DNA from: an uncultured Verrucomicrobiales bacterium
Lineage (GTDB): Bacteria > Verrucomicrobiota > Verrucomicrobiia > Verrucomicrobiales > DEV007
Reading direction: 5' to 3'
Assembly: GCA_938091905.1 (NCBI GenBank)
Contig: CALKOM010000147.1
Coordinates: 1-29,444, forward strand
Length of the DNA stretch: 29,444 bases
Of this stretch, positions 1 to 9,077 are shown piece after piece. Below the pieces are notes generated by a model. The model worked only from the letters and a program-made list of their open reading frames with translations, was not told the DNA's origin and did no database searches. Positions within the stretch are counted from its first letter, which is position 1, and each line of letters starts with the position of its first letter. A program made the translations under genes and the position numbers.

Positions 1-1478
1 TTGTCTCCAAGATTCCCCAGTGCAGTCGCCCCGACTTGGCGAATACCGGGATCGGCATGAACCAAGGACTCCCGTAGCGCTCTCACCGTTTCCGGAAACG
101 GGAGCCGCGAGAGAATCCAAAGACAGCGTTTCTGCAAAGCCACCTCGCGGGTATTCTTCCAAAGTGCTTGTAGGGCGGGCACGGCCTCAGCGCCCATGCT
201 CACCAACGCTTCACCTGCGCGATCGCTTACGGCAGGCCGTCCATCCTTCAGACGTTCTGTTAGATCTTCTACCGAGACGCGATCCCAATTCAGCTCCAAA
301 CCTCGGGGGTTCACGAAGGGTTTCGTATCCTTTCGACGAATCCGATAGATGGCTCCCTCGATCTGTGGCTTGGCCATCTGTGAGTGTGGGCACCCCCAGC
401 TCAACCACCCGCCTGTATCGAGCAGAAGCAAGCTCCCATCGGCGTCTTCGAGCACATCCGTAGGATGAAAGTCTTGGCTGGTCGACGTGAGAAAATCCTC
501 TTCTTTCGTGACAAAGGTCGCACCTTCTTTCTGAAGTTGGATCCGAACCAGCGTCTGCGTGTTAAAATGACAGGCAAAGAGATTATCACGGAAGGCCGCT
601 CCAAGGTGCGCCCCGCGATAGCGCAGGAGACCTGCGGGCGCGACTTGCCCCCATCGACTCGTAGCCGGAAGCCTAAATCCTGTTTCAGGAAGGAGCGCTT
701 CACCGTAAACACGCTGGCTTAGGCCACCAGGGATCCAATGAATGAGCGCGTCGTGACGGCCGCCATGGCTATCAAAGATCGGACAGGTCGTGAGAAGATC
801 TCCGTTCTCTGTGAAGACGACGTCTACCGGATTGACGCCACCTTGACCTTCGATGCGAACGTCGCTGCCGTCTGCCCGACAAGAGAAAACGCCAGCCGCA
901 CGGCTCGATCCCGTTCGCCTCCCATCGCTGCCAACCAAATCATATCCAAAGTGACCTCCCGTGAAATAGAGACGCCCGTCGGGCCCGAGGTAAGGCCCAT
1001 GTTGATTCGCCCGGCCGTCGAACTCCATGTAACCGAGAATCTTCTCCCGCTTCTCGGCCACCCCATCATCATCAGCGTCTTCCAAGCGCCAGAGATACGG
1101 AGCCGAGATGATGTAAAGCGCCCCATCATGCCAAAGACCCCCTTCCGGCATCGTCATCTTGTCCGCAAAGATGGTGCTTTGGTCAAACACACCATCGCCA
1201 TCGGTGTCTACTAACCGCCGTACGAAACGAGGGAGCGCCTTCTCGATTTCTCCTTTGGTCGTAAGATTTCGCCCATCACTCTCGGCGATGTAAAGACGCC
1301 CCTCGGGATCGAAGCAAGCCATCATGGGATAACGGACCAGCGGAGGCGCTGCAGCCACAGTAACTTCAAATCCTGGAGCAACCTGCATCGGCGGCACTTG
1401 AAACCCTTCAGCCAAGGCCACCCGTCCAGGCAACAGAACAAGAAGCGCAAGGCTAAGACGTCTCGCCAAACCGAACAT
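1..1478 (-). CDS. PVC-type membrane-bound dehydrogenase-domain / heme-binding CxxCH family protein, N-terminal part (runs off the left edge)
   Basis: Not in the ORF track because it is open at the edge. Manual translation from ATG 1478: signal-like MFGLARRLSLALLVLLPGRVALA, then VAPGFEVTVAAAPPLVRYPMMACFD, LVDTDGDGVFD, QHGPYLGPDGRLY and DFHPTDVLEDADGSLLLLDTGGW...GCP, typical of this PVC family. The CxxCH part would lie outside the window. Confidence 0.88.
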   Translation of the reverse strand, partial: MFGLARRLSLALLVLLPGRVALAEGFQVPPMQVAPGFEVTVAAAPPLVRYPMMACFDPEGRLYIAESDGRNLTTKGEIEKALPRFVRRLVDTDGDGVFDQSTIFADKMTMPEGGLWHDGALYIISAPYLWRLEDADDDGVAEKREKILGYMEFDGRANQHGPYLGPDGRLYFTGGHFGYDLVGSDGRRTGSSRAAGVFSCRADGSDVRIEGQGGVNPVDVVFTENGDLLTTCPIFDSHGGRHDALIHWIPGGLSQRVYGEALLPETGFRLPATSRWGQVAPAGLLRYRGAHLGAAFRDNLFACHFNTQTLVRIQLQKEGATFVTKEEDFLTSTSQDFHPTDVLEDADGSLLLLDTGGWLSWGCPHSQMAKPQIEGAIYRIRRKDTKPFVNPRGLELNWDRVSVEDLTERLKDGRPAVSDRAGEALVSMGAEAVPALQALWKNTREVALQKRCLWILSRLPFPETVRALRESLVHADPGIRQVGATALGNLGD

Positions 1479-1484
1479 GCAACG

Positions 1485-1512
1485 AGCATAGAGATTGCAC
1501 GCAGCCGGTCAA
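1485..1512 (-). promoter_or_regulatory. sigma70-like promoter, leaderless geometry
   Basis: TTGACC (1512-1507), 16-nt spacer, TATGCT (1490-1485), 6 nt, then ATG 1478. Confidence 0.55.
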
Positions 1513-1614
1513 GACGGCACGGCTGCCATTCCAAGTAGCTAGCGGCGTCAGGGAACATTCTCAATCGAGCCCCTCGTCAAGGTCTGCCCTACTCAGCCAA
1601 CCAACGACTCTCAG

Positions 1615-1663
1615 AAAAAAGAAGTAGGCCCTTTCTCCCCCCACCTAAGTAGGAGAAAGGGCC
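1615..1663 (-). terminator. Intrinsic terminator-like hairpin
   Basis: Perfect 12-bp stem GGCCCTTTCTCC (1627-1638) / GGAGAAAGGGCC (1652-1663) with a 13-nt loop, followed on the minus strand by TACTTCTTTTTT. Confidence 0.65.
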
Positions 1664-1835
1664 AAGCCGTTTAAAGGGCGATGAATCGCCCGCGTAGCGG
1701 ACACGACTACCAACCCCGTGCGAATAGGAAGGTGTGTCTAAAATGAGAGTTTCTTACACATGATTCGCAATTTTGGACACGGCTCTCGCTTGATTCTAAG
1801 GTTGTGACTTTGAAGGGACTCGTTATGGATACCCG

Positions 1836-2291
1836 ATGAGTTCACTATCTGATCGCCTCCTGGAGGATCTCAAGACAGCTATGAAAGCTAAGGATACCCT
1901 TAGCCTAAGCGTGTTGCGTGGGTTGAAGTCGGCGATCAAATACGCAGCGATCGAAGAAGGTGGTGCTGGGGCCGAATTAGATGACACGGGTTGCCAGACA
2001 GTCATCCGCAAAGAGCTCAAGAAGAGAGATGATGCCGCCCAGAGTTTCGCTGACGGGGGACGCCCGGAACTCGCTGAGAAAGAAAAGAGCGAGGCTGAGG
2101 TTTTGAAACGATACCTTCCCGCAGAATTACCGGAAAGCGAAGTCGTGACGATTATTGATGCCGTGATTCTAGAACTCGGCGCCAGTTCCCGGAAAGACAT
2201 GGGACCAGTGATGAAGATAGTGCAGGAACGCACGGCTGGAGCGGTGGATAACAAGAAGTTGTCTGGGCTCGTGATGTCAAAGCTGAGCTAG
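1836..2291 (+). CDS. yqeY: GatB/YqeY domain-containing protein
   Basis: L..DLKTAMKAKD...LRGLKSAIK, KKRDDAAQSF..GGRPELAEKEKSE..VLKRYLP and KDMGPVMK motifs. Confidence 0.93.
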   Translation: MSSLSDRLLEDLKTAMKAKDTLSLSVLRGLKSAIKYAAIEEGGAGAELDDTGCQTVIRKELKKRDDAAQSFADGGRPELAEKEKSEAEVLKRYLPAELPESEVVTIIDAVILELGASSRKDMGPVMKIVQERTAGAVDNKKLSGLVMSKLS

Positions 2292-2304
2292 TCAGCATCT
2301 GTCT

Positions 2305-3003
2305 ATGTCAACCGCTGCCATCCTGGTCGCTGCTGGCCAAAGTCGGCGCATGGGGTTTGACAAGCTCTTTGCGGAGTTAGGATCTACTCCAGTTCTAGCA
2401 CATTCCTTGCGCACTTTTCAAAAGGCGGGCTGCATTGATGAGATCATAGTCGTGACTTCCAACGACAAGCTCTCCATGATTGCCGACTGGACCAACGATC
2501 ATGGCCTAACGAAACTAACCAAAGTCATTCCGGGTGGATCTTTGCGACATTTGTCAGTAATGGAGGGGCTCAAAGCGGTGCATCCTAAAACGAAATTCGT
2601 TGCTGTCCATGACGGAGCCCGTCCGCTCTTGGCTGTGAGTGATTTGGAACGCTGCTGTAAACTGGCCAAGACTCACGGAGCTGCGGCTTGCGCACGTCGT
2701 ATCACTGACACAGTCAAACGCGTGGATGGAAATCACCGGGTCACAGGCAGTGTGGATAGAACGAATCTTTGGGCCATGGAAACACCTCAAATTTTTGACC
2801 TGCAATTACTCATGAACGCCTATGACTTTGTTTGTACGCAAAACGCCCTCGTTACCGATGAAGTTTCTGCGGCCGAACTCTTGGGAGAAGCCGTGCATTT
2901 GAGTGAGAATCTCAAACCAAATTTGAAGATCACCTTCCCTCAAGATCTTGAGCTGGCTACCCAACTCTTGGCCATGTCTGACAAGCCTTCTTGTTCATCC
3001 TAA
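2305..3003 (+). CDS. ispD: 2-C-methyl-D-erythritol 4-phosphate cytidylyltransferase
   Basis: AAGQSRRMG.DK, GGSLRHLSV, VAVHDGARP, ETPQIF, TDEVS and NLKITFPQDL motifs. Confidence 0.95.
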   Translation: MSTAAILVAAGQSRRMGFDKLFAELGSTPVLAHSLRTFQKAGCIDEIIVVTSNDKLSMIADWTNDHGLTKLTKVIPGGSLRHLSVMEGLKAVHPKTKFVAVHDGARPLLAVSDLERCCKLAKTHGAAACARRITDTVKRVDGNHRVTGSVDRTNLWAMETPQIFDLQLLMNAYDFVCTQNALVTDEVSAAELLGEAVHLSENLKPNLKITFPQDLELATQLLAMSDKPSCSS

Positions 3004-3006
3004 CCT

Positions 3007-4293
3007 ATGGTCGACTATCATTTACAAACGCTTGACAATGGCTTGCGCGTTGTGGCCGCACACTGTCCCACTTGGCGTAGTTTAGCCATGGGTATCTTTG
3101 CGGGAACGGGTTCACGCCACGATCCTGCACGGAAACAAGGCCTAGCCCATTTCACAGAACACATGCTCTTCAAGGGCACCAAGCGCCGCACTCCTAAGCG
3201 GATTGTCGTTCAAGCTGAGTCTGTTGGAGGATCTCTGAATGCTTACACCTCCGAAGAACACACTTGCTACCACTTACGGTCCCCTGCGAACCATCTGAAT
3301 CGTATGGTAGATTTGCTAGCAGACATCTACATTGATTCCACGTTTCCGGAAGGCGAGATCGGGCGAGAACGGCAAGTTATTGAAGATGAGATTCTTATGT
3401 ATCGCGACGAGCCATCCTCTCATGTCGATGACGTCCTTTCACAGGTTACCTGGCCAAAAGAATCGCTCGGTCGACCGATTCTAGGCTCAGTTGAGACTCT
3501 CAGCCGCATCGGTCGAGACGATTTTTTGCGGTATCTCAAGCAAGCCTACGGCGCAAAAAACTCTGTTATTGCTCTAGCAGGTCCACAAGAACCAGAGGCC
3601 ATGGTTGCGACCGTTGCCAAGGCCTTTGACCCTCTACCCAAAGGACGTCGTCAAAATACCAAGTTGCTTTCCAAGATAGCGAAACCCTTGCCCGACGCTC
3701 AACTCGCTATCGAAGAACGCCCTACGGAACAAGTTCATCTGCGACTCGCCTTTTTGATGGAAGGCCGTGACCACCCACAACTTTGTCCAAGTAGGCTCTT
3801 AAGTGTGATGTTAGGTGAAACCATGAGTTCTCGTCTCTCACAGGAGGTTCGTGAGAAGCGAGGATACTGCTACAGCATTGGGTCATCCCGAGATGTCTAC
3901 ACGGATACCGGACTGTTCAGTATTTATGCTAGTTGTGAACCTCGATTTCTCAGACCGCTCTTAAAACAAACCTTCCGCCAGCTAAAACGCCTCCGGGACC
4001 AGGCACCGAGCGCACGCGAACTCAAAGCAGCCTTTCAATACGTAGCCGGTAATCACGACATGGGCTTGGAGGAGACAAGCACCCAAATGTTCTGGATCGG
4101 CGACGCCGCTCTGCATGAGGACGAAGATCTCAATCCCGAACGCTACTTAGATGATTTGAGGAGAGTCACGCCCGAAGATATACAGCAAACAGCGAAGGAT
4201 ATCTTCACCACGGCGTCGCTCCGACTCGCGTTGTTGGGCCCCAATTTGGAAAATCTACGTCCAGAGCTTCTTGCCCTTTGCCATGATCAATGA
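3007..4293 (+). CDS. M16 (pitrilysin) family zinc metallopeptidase
   Basis: Inverted zinc motif HFTEH in GLAHFTEHMLFKGT; LNAYTSEEHTCY; MSSRLSQEVREKRGYCYSI. Confidence 0.93.
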   Translation: MVDYHLQTLDNGLRVVAAHCPTWRSLAMGIFAGTGSRHDPARKQGLAHFTEHMLFKGTKRRTPKRIVVQAESVGGSLNAYTSEEHTCYHLRSPANHLNRMVDLLADIYIDSTFPEGEIGRERQVIEDEILMYRDEPSSHVDDVLSQVTWPKESLGRPILGSVETLSRIGRDDFLRYLKQAYGAKNSVIALAGPQEPEAMVATVAKAFDPLPKGRRQNTKLLSKIAKPLPDAQLAIEERPTEQVHLRLAFLMEGRDHPQLCPSRLLSVMLGETMSSRLSQEVREKRGYCYSIGSSRDVYTDTGLFSIYASCEPRFLRPLLKQTFRQLKRLRDQAPSARELKAAFQYVAGNHDMGLEETSTQMFWIGDAALHEDEDLNPERYLDDLRRVTPEDIQQTAKDIFTTASLRLALLGPNLENLRPELLALCHDQ

Positions 4294-4306
4294 ATCTATT
4301 GTCACG

Positions 4307-4849
4307 ATGTCTGTCATCACTCAACGCGGCGATTCTGGAGAAACCGACCTTATGTATGGGCGACGAGTCTCCAAGACCCATGCTCGGATCATTGCCAACG
4401 GATCGTTAGATGAACTGAACGCAGTGCTGGGAGTTGCACGCACCCACGCGAGACTAGAAGACTTCGCCAACTTGGAATCGAGGCTCAGCACGTTGCAAAA
4501 CCAGCTTATTCTTGCCATGGGAGAGATCGCGACAGCGATTGAAGATCGTCCCCGCTATGCCAAGGACGGATTTGCCACCCTCTCATCCAAAGAACATGAG
4601 TCTCTCACTAATGAGGCAAAACAACTAGAGCAAGATCTAGACGCTCGATTCAAGGATTGGGCTATTCCTGGGTCTCAAGGCCCTCTCACCTGCGCACACC
4701 TCGATCACGCTCGAACACTTTGCCGACGGGCTGAACGTGATGTCCTCTCGATCACCGATGCGGCCGACACGTTGCAACATCTCGTCGTTTACTTGAACCG
4801 GATGTCTGACTTTCTGTGGCTAAACGCCCGCTTCGTTGAACGGCTTTAG
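4307..4849 (+). CDS. PduO-type ATP:cob(I)alamin adenosyltransferase
   Basis: TQRGDSGETDL..G.RVSK, GSLDELN..LG, ARTLCRRAER and YLNRMSDFLW..AR. ATG 4307 preferred over the ORF-track start at 4271. Confidence 0.92.
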   Translation: MSVITQRGDSGETDLMYGRRVSKTHARIIANGSLDELNAVLGVARTHARLEDFANLESRLSTLQNQLILAMGEIATAIEDRPRYAKDGFATLSSKEHESLTNEAKQLEQDLDARFKDWAIPGSQGPLTCAHLDHARTLCRRAERDVLSITDAADTLQHLVVYLNRMSDFLWLNARFVERL

Positions 4850-5151
4850 CGTCTCCGATGATGCTGCCCAAAGACTAGATGTGCACGGCGGCGGAGAGCG
4901 AGAATGACTGAAGCCACCAAGATTCCGAACACTGCAAGGTAGTCGTTCCTCAGCCCGGCAAACGCCAGCTTATCTCCAACGATGGTGGGCACGCTACCAC
5001 TGCCCTCGAAGCTACTATCAATCACAAGATCGGCTTCGGCCGGATTCACGGCCGCAACAAACTCTGGAACATCAGCGTCACCTTGCCCTCGAAGAGAAAC
5101 AAAGAACCAGAAGAGAAGAAGTAACGAAAGGGGGAAGTTAAACTTACGCAC
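4846..5151 (-). CDS. Small hypothetical exported/membrane-anchored protein
   Basis: N-terminal basic + hydrophobic signal (MRKFNFPLSLLLLFWFFVSL), acidic middle, C-terminal hydrophobic helix followed by RRR. Confidence 0.6.
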   Translation of the reverse strand: MRKFNFPLSLLLLFWFFVSLRGQGDADVPEFVAAVNPAEADLVIDSSFEGSGSVPTIVGDKLAFAGLRNDYLAVFGILVASVILALRRRAHLVFGQHHRRR

Positions 5152-5384
5152 GACGGAGACAGATCTTAAGACAGTCGAGTACCGATTCCGTTCAAACTAT
5201 AATTTTTATAATCCATATTTATTTATATTTATAGGATATTATTGATATCACAAGACCTGGAATACCAGGATTTAAACCAATTTTTAAAGACGTATCAATG
5301 AGATTTGCCGCAAAGCTTCTGGCGATGCAGAAACATTTCACTGGATTTCCCAGTGGCACTGTGGCTCGTTGAGGAGCGAGAGTT

Positions 5385-5457
5385 GGTGGTCGTAGCTCAA
5401 TGGTAGAGTCCCAGATTGTGATTCTGGTTGTTGCGGGTTCGAGTCCCGTCGATCACC
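5385..5457 (+). tRNA. tRNA-His(GUG)
   Basis: Acceptor stem GTGGTCG/CGATCAC with His-specific G-1 (5385) opposite C73 (5457); D-arm GCTCAATGGTAGAGT; anticodon arm CCAGA-TTGTGAT-TCTGG; T-arm GCGGG-TTCGAGT-CCCGT. CCA is not fully encoded. Confidence 0.97.
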
Positions 5458-5520
5458 CATTTTCCTTTGCAGAATAGGACCCGATTCCACTGCTAGAACG
5501 CTCCACCGTTCTACCCCCAC

Positions 5521-6246
5521 ATGGATTCCATTGAACAGAAGATCGGCTACAAGTTCCGAAACTCACTCCTGCTCGCTGAAGCCGTCACGCATCCTAGCCT
5601 CGCGTACGAGACCCAACGCCCTCATTTCGACAACCAACGTCTTGAGTTCCTCGGCGATGCAGTGCTGCAACTAGTACTCACCGAGTATCTCTACCAACAG
5701 TTTCCACAATTCACGGAAGGTCACCTAACAAAGTTACGATCTCGTCTCGTGTCTCGAGACGCTCTAGATGCCTTTGCGACGAGAATTGGCCTCGGTGAAT
5801 TTCTTCTCCTGGGGAAGGGCGAAGAGGCTTCCGGCGGCCGCAAAAGAGCGTCGACATTAGCAGATGCATTTGAATCTCTCATTGGTGCTGTCTATCTGGA
5901 TGGCAGTCTCGAAGCTGCCAACGCCTTCATTCTTCGCCATTGCCGCGTGGAATTGAAAGAAATCCTCGAGGCTCCTGATGAAGTGAACCCGAAAGGGCAG
6001 TTGCAGGAAATTCTCCAAGCCATCACACCGACAAGCCCAGACTATCACATTGTTTCAGAGGAAGGACCGGACCATTGCAAGGTCTTTCAGTCTCGGGTCG
6101 AATGGGAAGGAGTCGATCTTGGAAGCGGAGTTGGAAATAGCAAGAAAGCAGCCGAGATAGAAGCGGCTCGAACTGCTCTTCATAATGAGAAATGGCTACC
6201 CTTAGCAAACGTGCAAGAACCTGGGAACAGTCAGGAACAACTGTGA
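5521..6246 (+). CDS. rnc: Ribonuclease III
   Basis: NQRLEFLGDAVL signature; LADAFESLIGAVYLD; C-terminal dsRBD NPKGQLQE...GPDH...G.SKKAAE. Confidence 0.97.
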   Translation: MDSIEQKIGYKFRNSLLLAEAVTHPSLAYETQRPHFDNQRLEFLGDAVLQLVLTEYLYQQFPQFTEGHLTKLRSRLVSRDALDAFATRIGLGEFLLLGKGEEASGGRKRASTLADAFESLIGAVYLDGSLEAANAFILRHCRVELKEILEAPDEVNPKGQLQEILQAITPTSPDYHIVSEEGPDHCKVFQSRVEWEGVDLGSGVGNSKKAAEIEAARTALHNEKWLPLANVQEPGNSQEQL

Positions 6247-6435
6247 ACAAATCGACGGTTTCTCACAGCTGCGACGCATCCATCCTCATTTTTCTCAAAC
6301 CTGTAAACGCTCGTACGTTGACGTAAGGCCAAGTCCCTTCAACAGGTTAGCTCGCTTGTTCGTCTTATTCGCACCGTTAAGAAGAATAACAGAACTAAGA
6401 ATCAAAACTGATTCTTCTTCTATCTGGGGAACAAC
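6222..6435. other. Candidate replication origin (DnaA-box-like cluster plus A-centred trinucleotide runs)
   Basis: Box-like 9-mers: TGTGAACAA 6242-6250 (with two weaker copies at 10-nt spacing from 6222), TTTCTCACA 6259-6267, TTGTTCGTC/TTATTCGCA 6356-6373 and GGGGAACAA 6426-6434. NAN runs at 6378-6401 (+) and 6422-6408 (-). Inference only. Confidence 0.45.
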
Positions 6436-6445
6436 TCAATATTCA

Positions 6446-7205
6446 CTAGCGCTTTCGCCTAACGAGGCAACCGAAGCCACCTAACACTACCAACCAACTA
6501 CGCGGTTCTGGCACAGGTGTGAAGTTGATGACTAACTCCGGCTGCTCAGTGGCATTCTCCCGGCTATGGAATCTCTTAGCGGTTGCGGCGAGCGGACCAG
6601 TGATCTCGTCTCCAACAACGATCCATCCAAAGTTCAGGCTTGGATTGTCGAGCCAGGTTTGAACGTCCGCTACCGATCCTGTGGTGCTGTTTCAATCATA
6701 GGCACCGTGTTTCCATCGACAAACGGGGTCGTGCTCGCAGCGACGACGAAGTCGTTTCCTGCGCTGTTCCAGCTGCTGGTGTCGTGAACGTTGCTTGCCC
6801 ATGTGGCGTCGCCTGCGAGAGCAGCATCCCCGAACCCTTGCCCCATGACGCCGATCGAGCCGGCTTCACCTCACGCCGTCGTCATGCGATGGAGGGATAC
6901 AAGAAAGTTTCCCCAATTGCGTGGCGTCGTAAACTGCAAGGTAAGCACAGTGGAATCAATGGTAGCTCCCGCAGGTACTGCTGCGGCCACGTCGAAAGCC
7001 AATAAGCTCCGTCGATAGAAGGCACCGAATCTAGTGCCGACGACAAGGAATTCACCAGCACCATTGTTGCTGTCAGGGAAGTCCTGAAAGATGGTATTGT
7101 CCTTGTGTTGTCTTGTGCTGCCGTGAGCGAAACGATAGCGGCCGAAACTGATGGGAGAGCGACGGCGAGAGCGAGAAGAAGGATCGAGGGAACGCGAGTA
7201 ATCAT
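6446..7205 (-). pseudogene. DNRLRE-domain PEP-CTERM protein pseudogene (paralog of 7264-8007)
   Basis: Piecewise translation aligns end to end with the neighbour (KDNTIFQD..NNGAGEFL, RRSLLAFDVAAAVPAGATI, AGDATW, VADVQTWLDNPSLNFGW, VPEP...RRKR). Broken by frameshifts at ~7094-7115 and ~6710 and by TGA stops at 6871-6873 and 6692-6694. Confidence 0.88.
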
Positions 7206-7263
7206 GCAGCGTCCTACGATGCCCTTCCTGAGTTTGACAAGCAACGCCAGGAACGACGTGGAG

Positions 7264-8007
7264 CTACAATCGCCTCCGTCTTGCCAGCAATCCAAGGCCA
7301 AGCAGCCCAAGAAACGTAGTTTTGGGTTCAGGCACGGGAGTGTAGTCGAGAAGAAGCATGGGTTTGTTTGAGGCATTGTCACCGCTGTTGAACCGTTTGG
7401 CACTTCTAGCAACGCCTTCGTCACCGATAAGGACCCAGCCGAAGTTCTGCGAGGGATTGTCGAGCCACCCTTGGACATCGGCCACCGTAGTTGCGGTGCT
7501 ATTCCAGTCATAATCTCCGACAGCACCAATGCTTTGACTGGCGCTGGCGCCCCCGATGAAATCGCCTCCGGCCGCAGACCATGCACTGGTTCCTGAAAAG
7601 TTGTTCGTCCATGTGGCGTCGCCCGCGAGTGCCGCTGCGCCTCTGCCTTCCTGGCCGGTTGCGTCTGAGAGAGCGGCACCCCAGTCACTCGTGAGGCGAT
7701 GGAGCGAGACAGTCTGGCTGCCAGATATGGTTCGAGTCAGGGTTAGACGGACCACAGCTGAGTTGATTGTGGCGCCTGCAGGCACAGATGTAGCCACATC
7801 AAATGCTAGCAGCGCCCGCCTGGAGCCGGTACTGGCCTTCCCAAGGGTATCACCTGCGAAGAGGTAGTCCCCGGCACCGTTGCTGGTCGTCCCACTCTCC
7901 TCGTAGATCGTGTTGTCCTTGTCAGGCGAAAGAGCCACGATAACGGCCTGACTTGGGAGAGTGAAAGTAGCGAGAACAAGGGCGACGGATGCTGCGGCTG
8001 TTTTCAT
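7264..8007 (-). CDS. DNRLRE-domain protein with PEP-CTERM sorting signal
   Basis: Signal peptide; KDNTIYEE, RRALLAFD...PAGATINSA and DVQGWLDNPSQNFGW; C-terminus VPEPKTTFLGLLGLGLLARRRRL. Confidence 0.88.
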   Translation of the reverse strand: MKTAAASVALVLATFTLPSQAVIVALSPDKDNTIYEESGTTSNGAGDYLFAGDTLGKASTGSRRALLAFDVATSVPAGATINSAVVRLTLTRTISGSQTVSLHRLTSDWGAALSDATGQEGRGAAALAGDATWTNNFSGTSAWSAAGGDFIGGASASQSIGAVGDYDWNSTATTVADVQGWLDNPSQNFGWVLIGDEGVARSAKRFNSGDNASNKPMLLLDYTPVPEPKTTFLGLLGLGLLARRRRL

Positions 8008-8183
8008 TGGGAGGATTGCGTAAATTGGTCTGATATTCTAGTCGACGCCAGAATTAATTTGGCCCGGTGTAGGCACTAGAGCTTACTTGAGCAGATATTT
8101 CCAAAGCAATTCTCTGCCCAGCAAGTGTGTAGTCGACCGATAATACTTGTCATCGTCCGAAGTCGGCTTTGCAATGCAGGTCT

Positions 8184-9068
8184 ATGACGAGCATGACAGG
8201 TTTTGGAGCTGGGGAAGTCTGTCAGGCACCGTGGCGATGTGCAGTGGAGATTCATTCTGTGAATCGCAAGCAGCTCGACATCGTCGTGAATTTACCTAAG
8301 AACCTCGTCAGTTTAGAGCGTCCAGTGCGCCAACTCGTTCAAGAGAGTGTCTCACGAGGGCGCATTAGCGTGAAAGTCACTTTGGAAACAGATGAGGATG
8401 CGGAAATCGGAGCATTACAATTGCGTGTTTGTCAGAGTTTGGCCAAGGACTACGTAGAGAAACATCTCGCCTTGCGAAAGAGCCTTGGCGATGACGTGCC
8501 CCTGGCTCCACTTGATCTCATGCGAGCACCAGGTGTGTTCGAACTTCAAGAAATGACGCTGGAAGCGTCTGACATTTGGCCAGTCCTCGAGAAGGGTGTA
8601 AAGGACACGTTGATCACTTTTATCGACTCACGGAACGAGGAGGGGAAACACTTGGCCAAGGTACTTTCCGATGGGAGAGAACGCGTAAGTGCGCTTGTGA
8701 GAGAGATTCGTGAGCATGCACCTGCTGTTGTCGAACGGTATCGGACGAATCTGCAATCGCGGTTGGAAGAAGCAGGTCTTCCTTTGCCTCTTGATGACGA
8801 ACGCCTTCTTCGCGAAATTGGTCTCTTTGCAGAGCGAGCAGATATTTCGGAGGAACTGGATCGTCTAGATAGCCACGATAAACAACTTGTACAATTCTTA
8901 CAGAGTGATGAACCGGTAGGGCGTCCGTTGGACTTTCTCGCTCAGGAATTCAATCGCGAGTTCAACACGATTGGCTCCAAAGCGAACGACGCCGCGCTGA
9001 CCCAGCTTGTGGTCCGAGGAAAGACTGAGGTTGAGAAGATTCGCGAACAAGTTCAGAACGTGGAATAG
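8184..9068 (+). CDS. yicC: YicC/YloC family endoribonuclease
   Basis: SMTGFG, SVNRKQLD, RADISEELDRLDSH, GRPLDFLAQEFNREFNTIGSK and EKIREQVQNVE; conserved adjacency to gmk. Confidence 0.94.
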   Translation: MTSMTGFGAGEVCQAPWRCAVEIHSVNRKQLDIVVNLPKNLVSLERPVRQLVQESVSRGRISVKVTLETDEDAEIGALQLRVCQSLAKDYVEKHLALRKSLGDDVPLAPLDLMRAPGVFELQEMTLEASDIWPVLEKGVKDTLITFIDSRNEEGKHLAKVLSDGRERVSALVREIREHAPAVVERYRTNLQSRLEEAGLPLPLDDERLLREIGLFAERADISEELDRLDSHDKQLVQFLQSDEPVGRPLDFLAQEFNREFNTIGSKANDAALTQLVVRGKTEVEKIREQVQNVE

Positions 9069-9077
9069 GCTGGGTTC

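Noticed and set aside
20..1214. Plus-strand ORFs 20-463, 384-722 and 738-1214
   Set aside because: They are antisense shadows of the minus-strand PVC-type gene (<1-1478), which carries recognisable motifs.
5385..5520. tRNA-His as an integration site for an island
   Set aside because: It is followed directly by rnc; I saw no duplicated tRNA 3' end or adjacent phage-type integrase in the window.
6692..6873. Two TGA codons at conserved Trp positions suggesting UGA=Trp recoding
   Set aside because: The same gene also has two frameshifts and uses TGG for other Trp residues, and TGA is the true stop of rnc, gmk and the M16 peptidase. Simple TGG>TGA decay explains it.
6882..7688. 268-aa minus-strand ORF
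   Set aside because: A composite of an off-frame read of the intact DNRLRE gene plus the signal peptide and frameshifted tail of the pseudogene.
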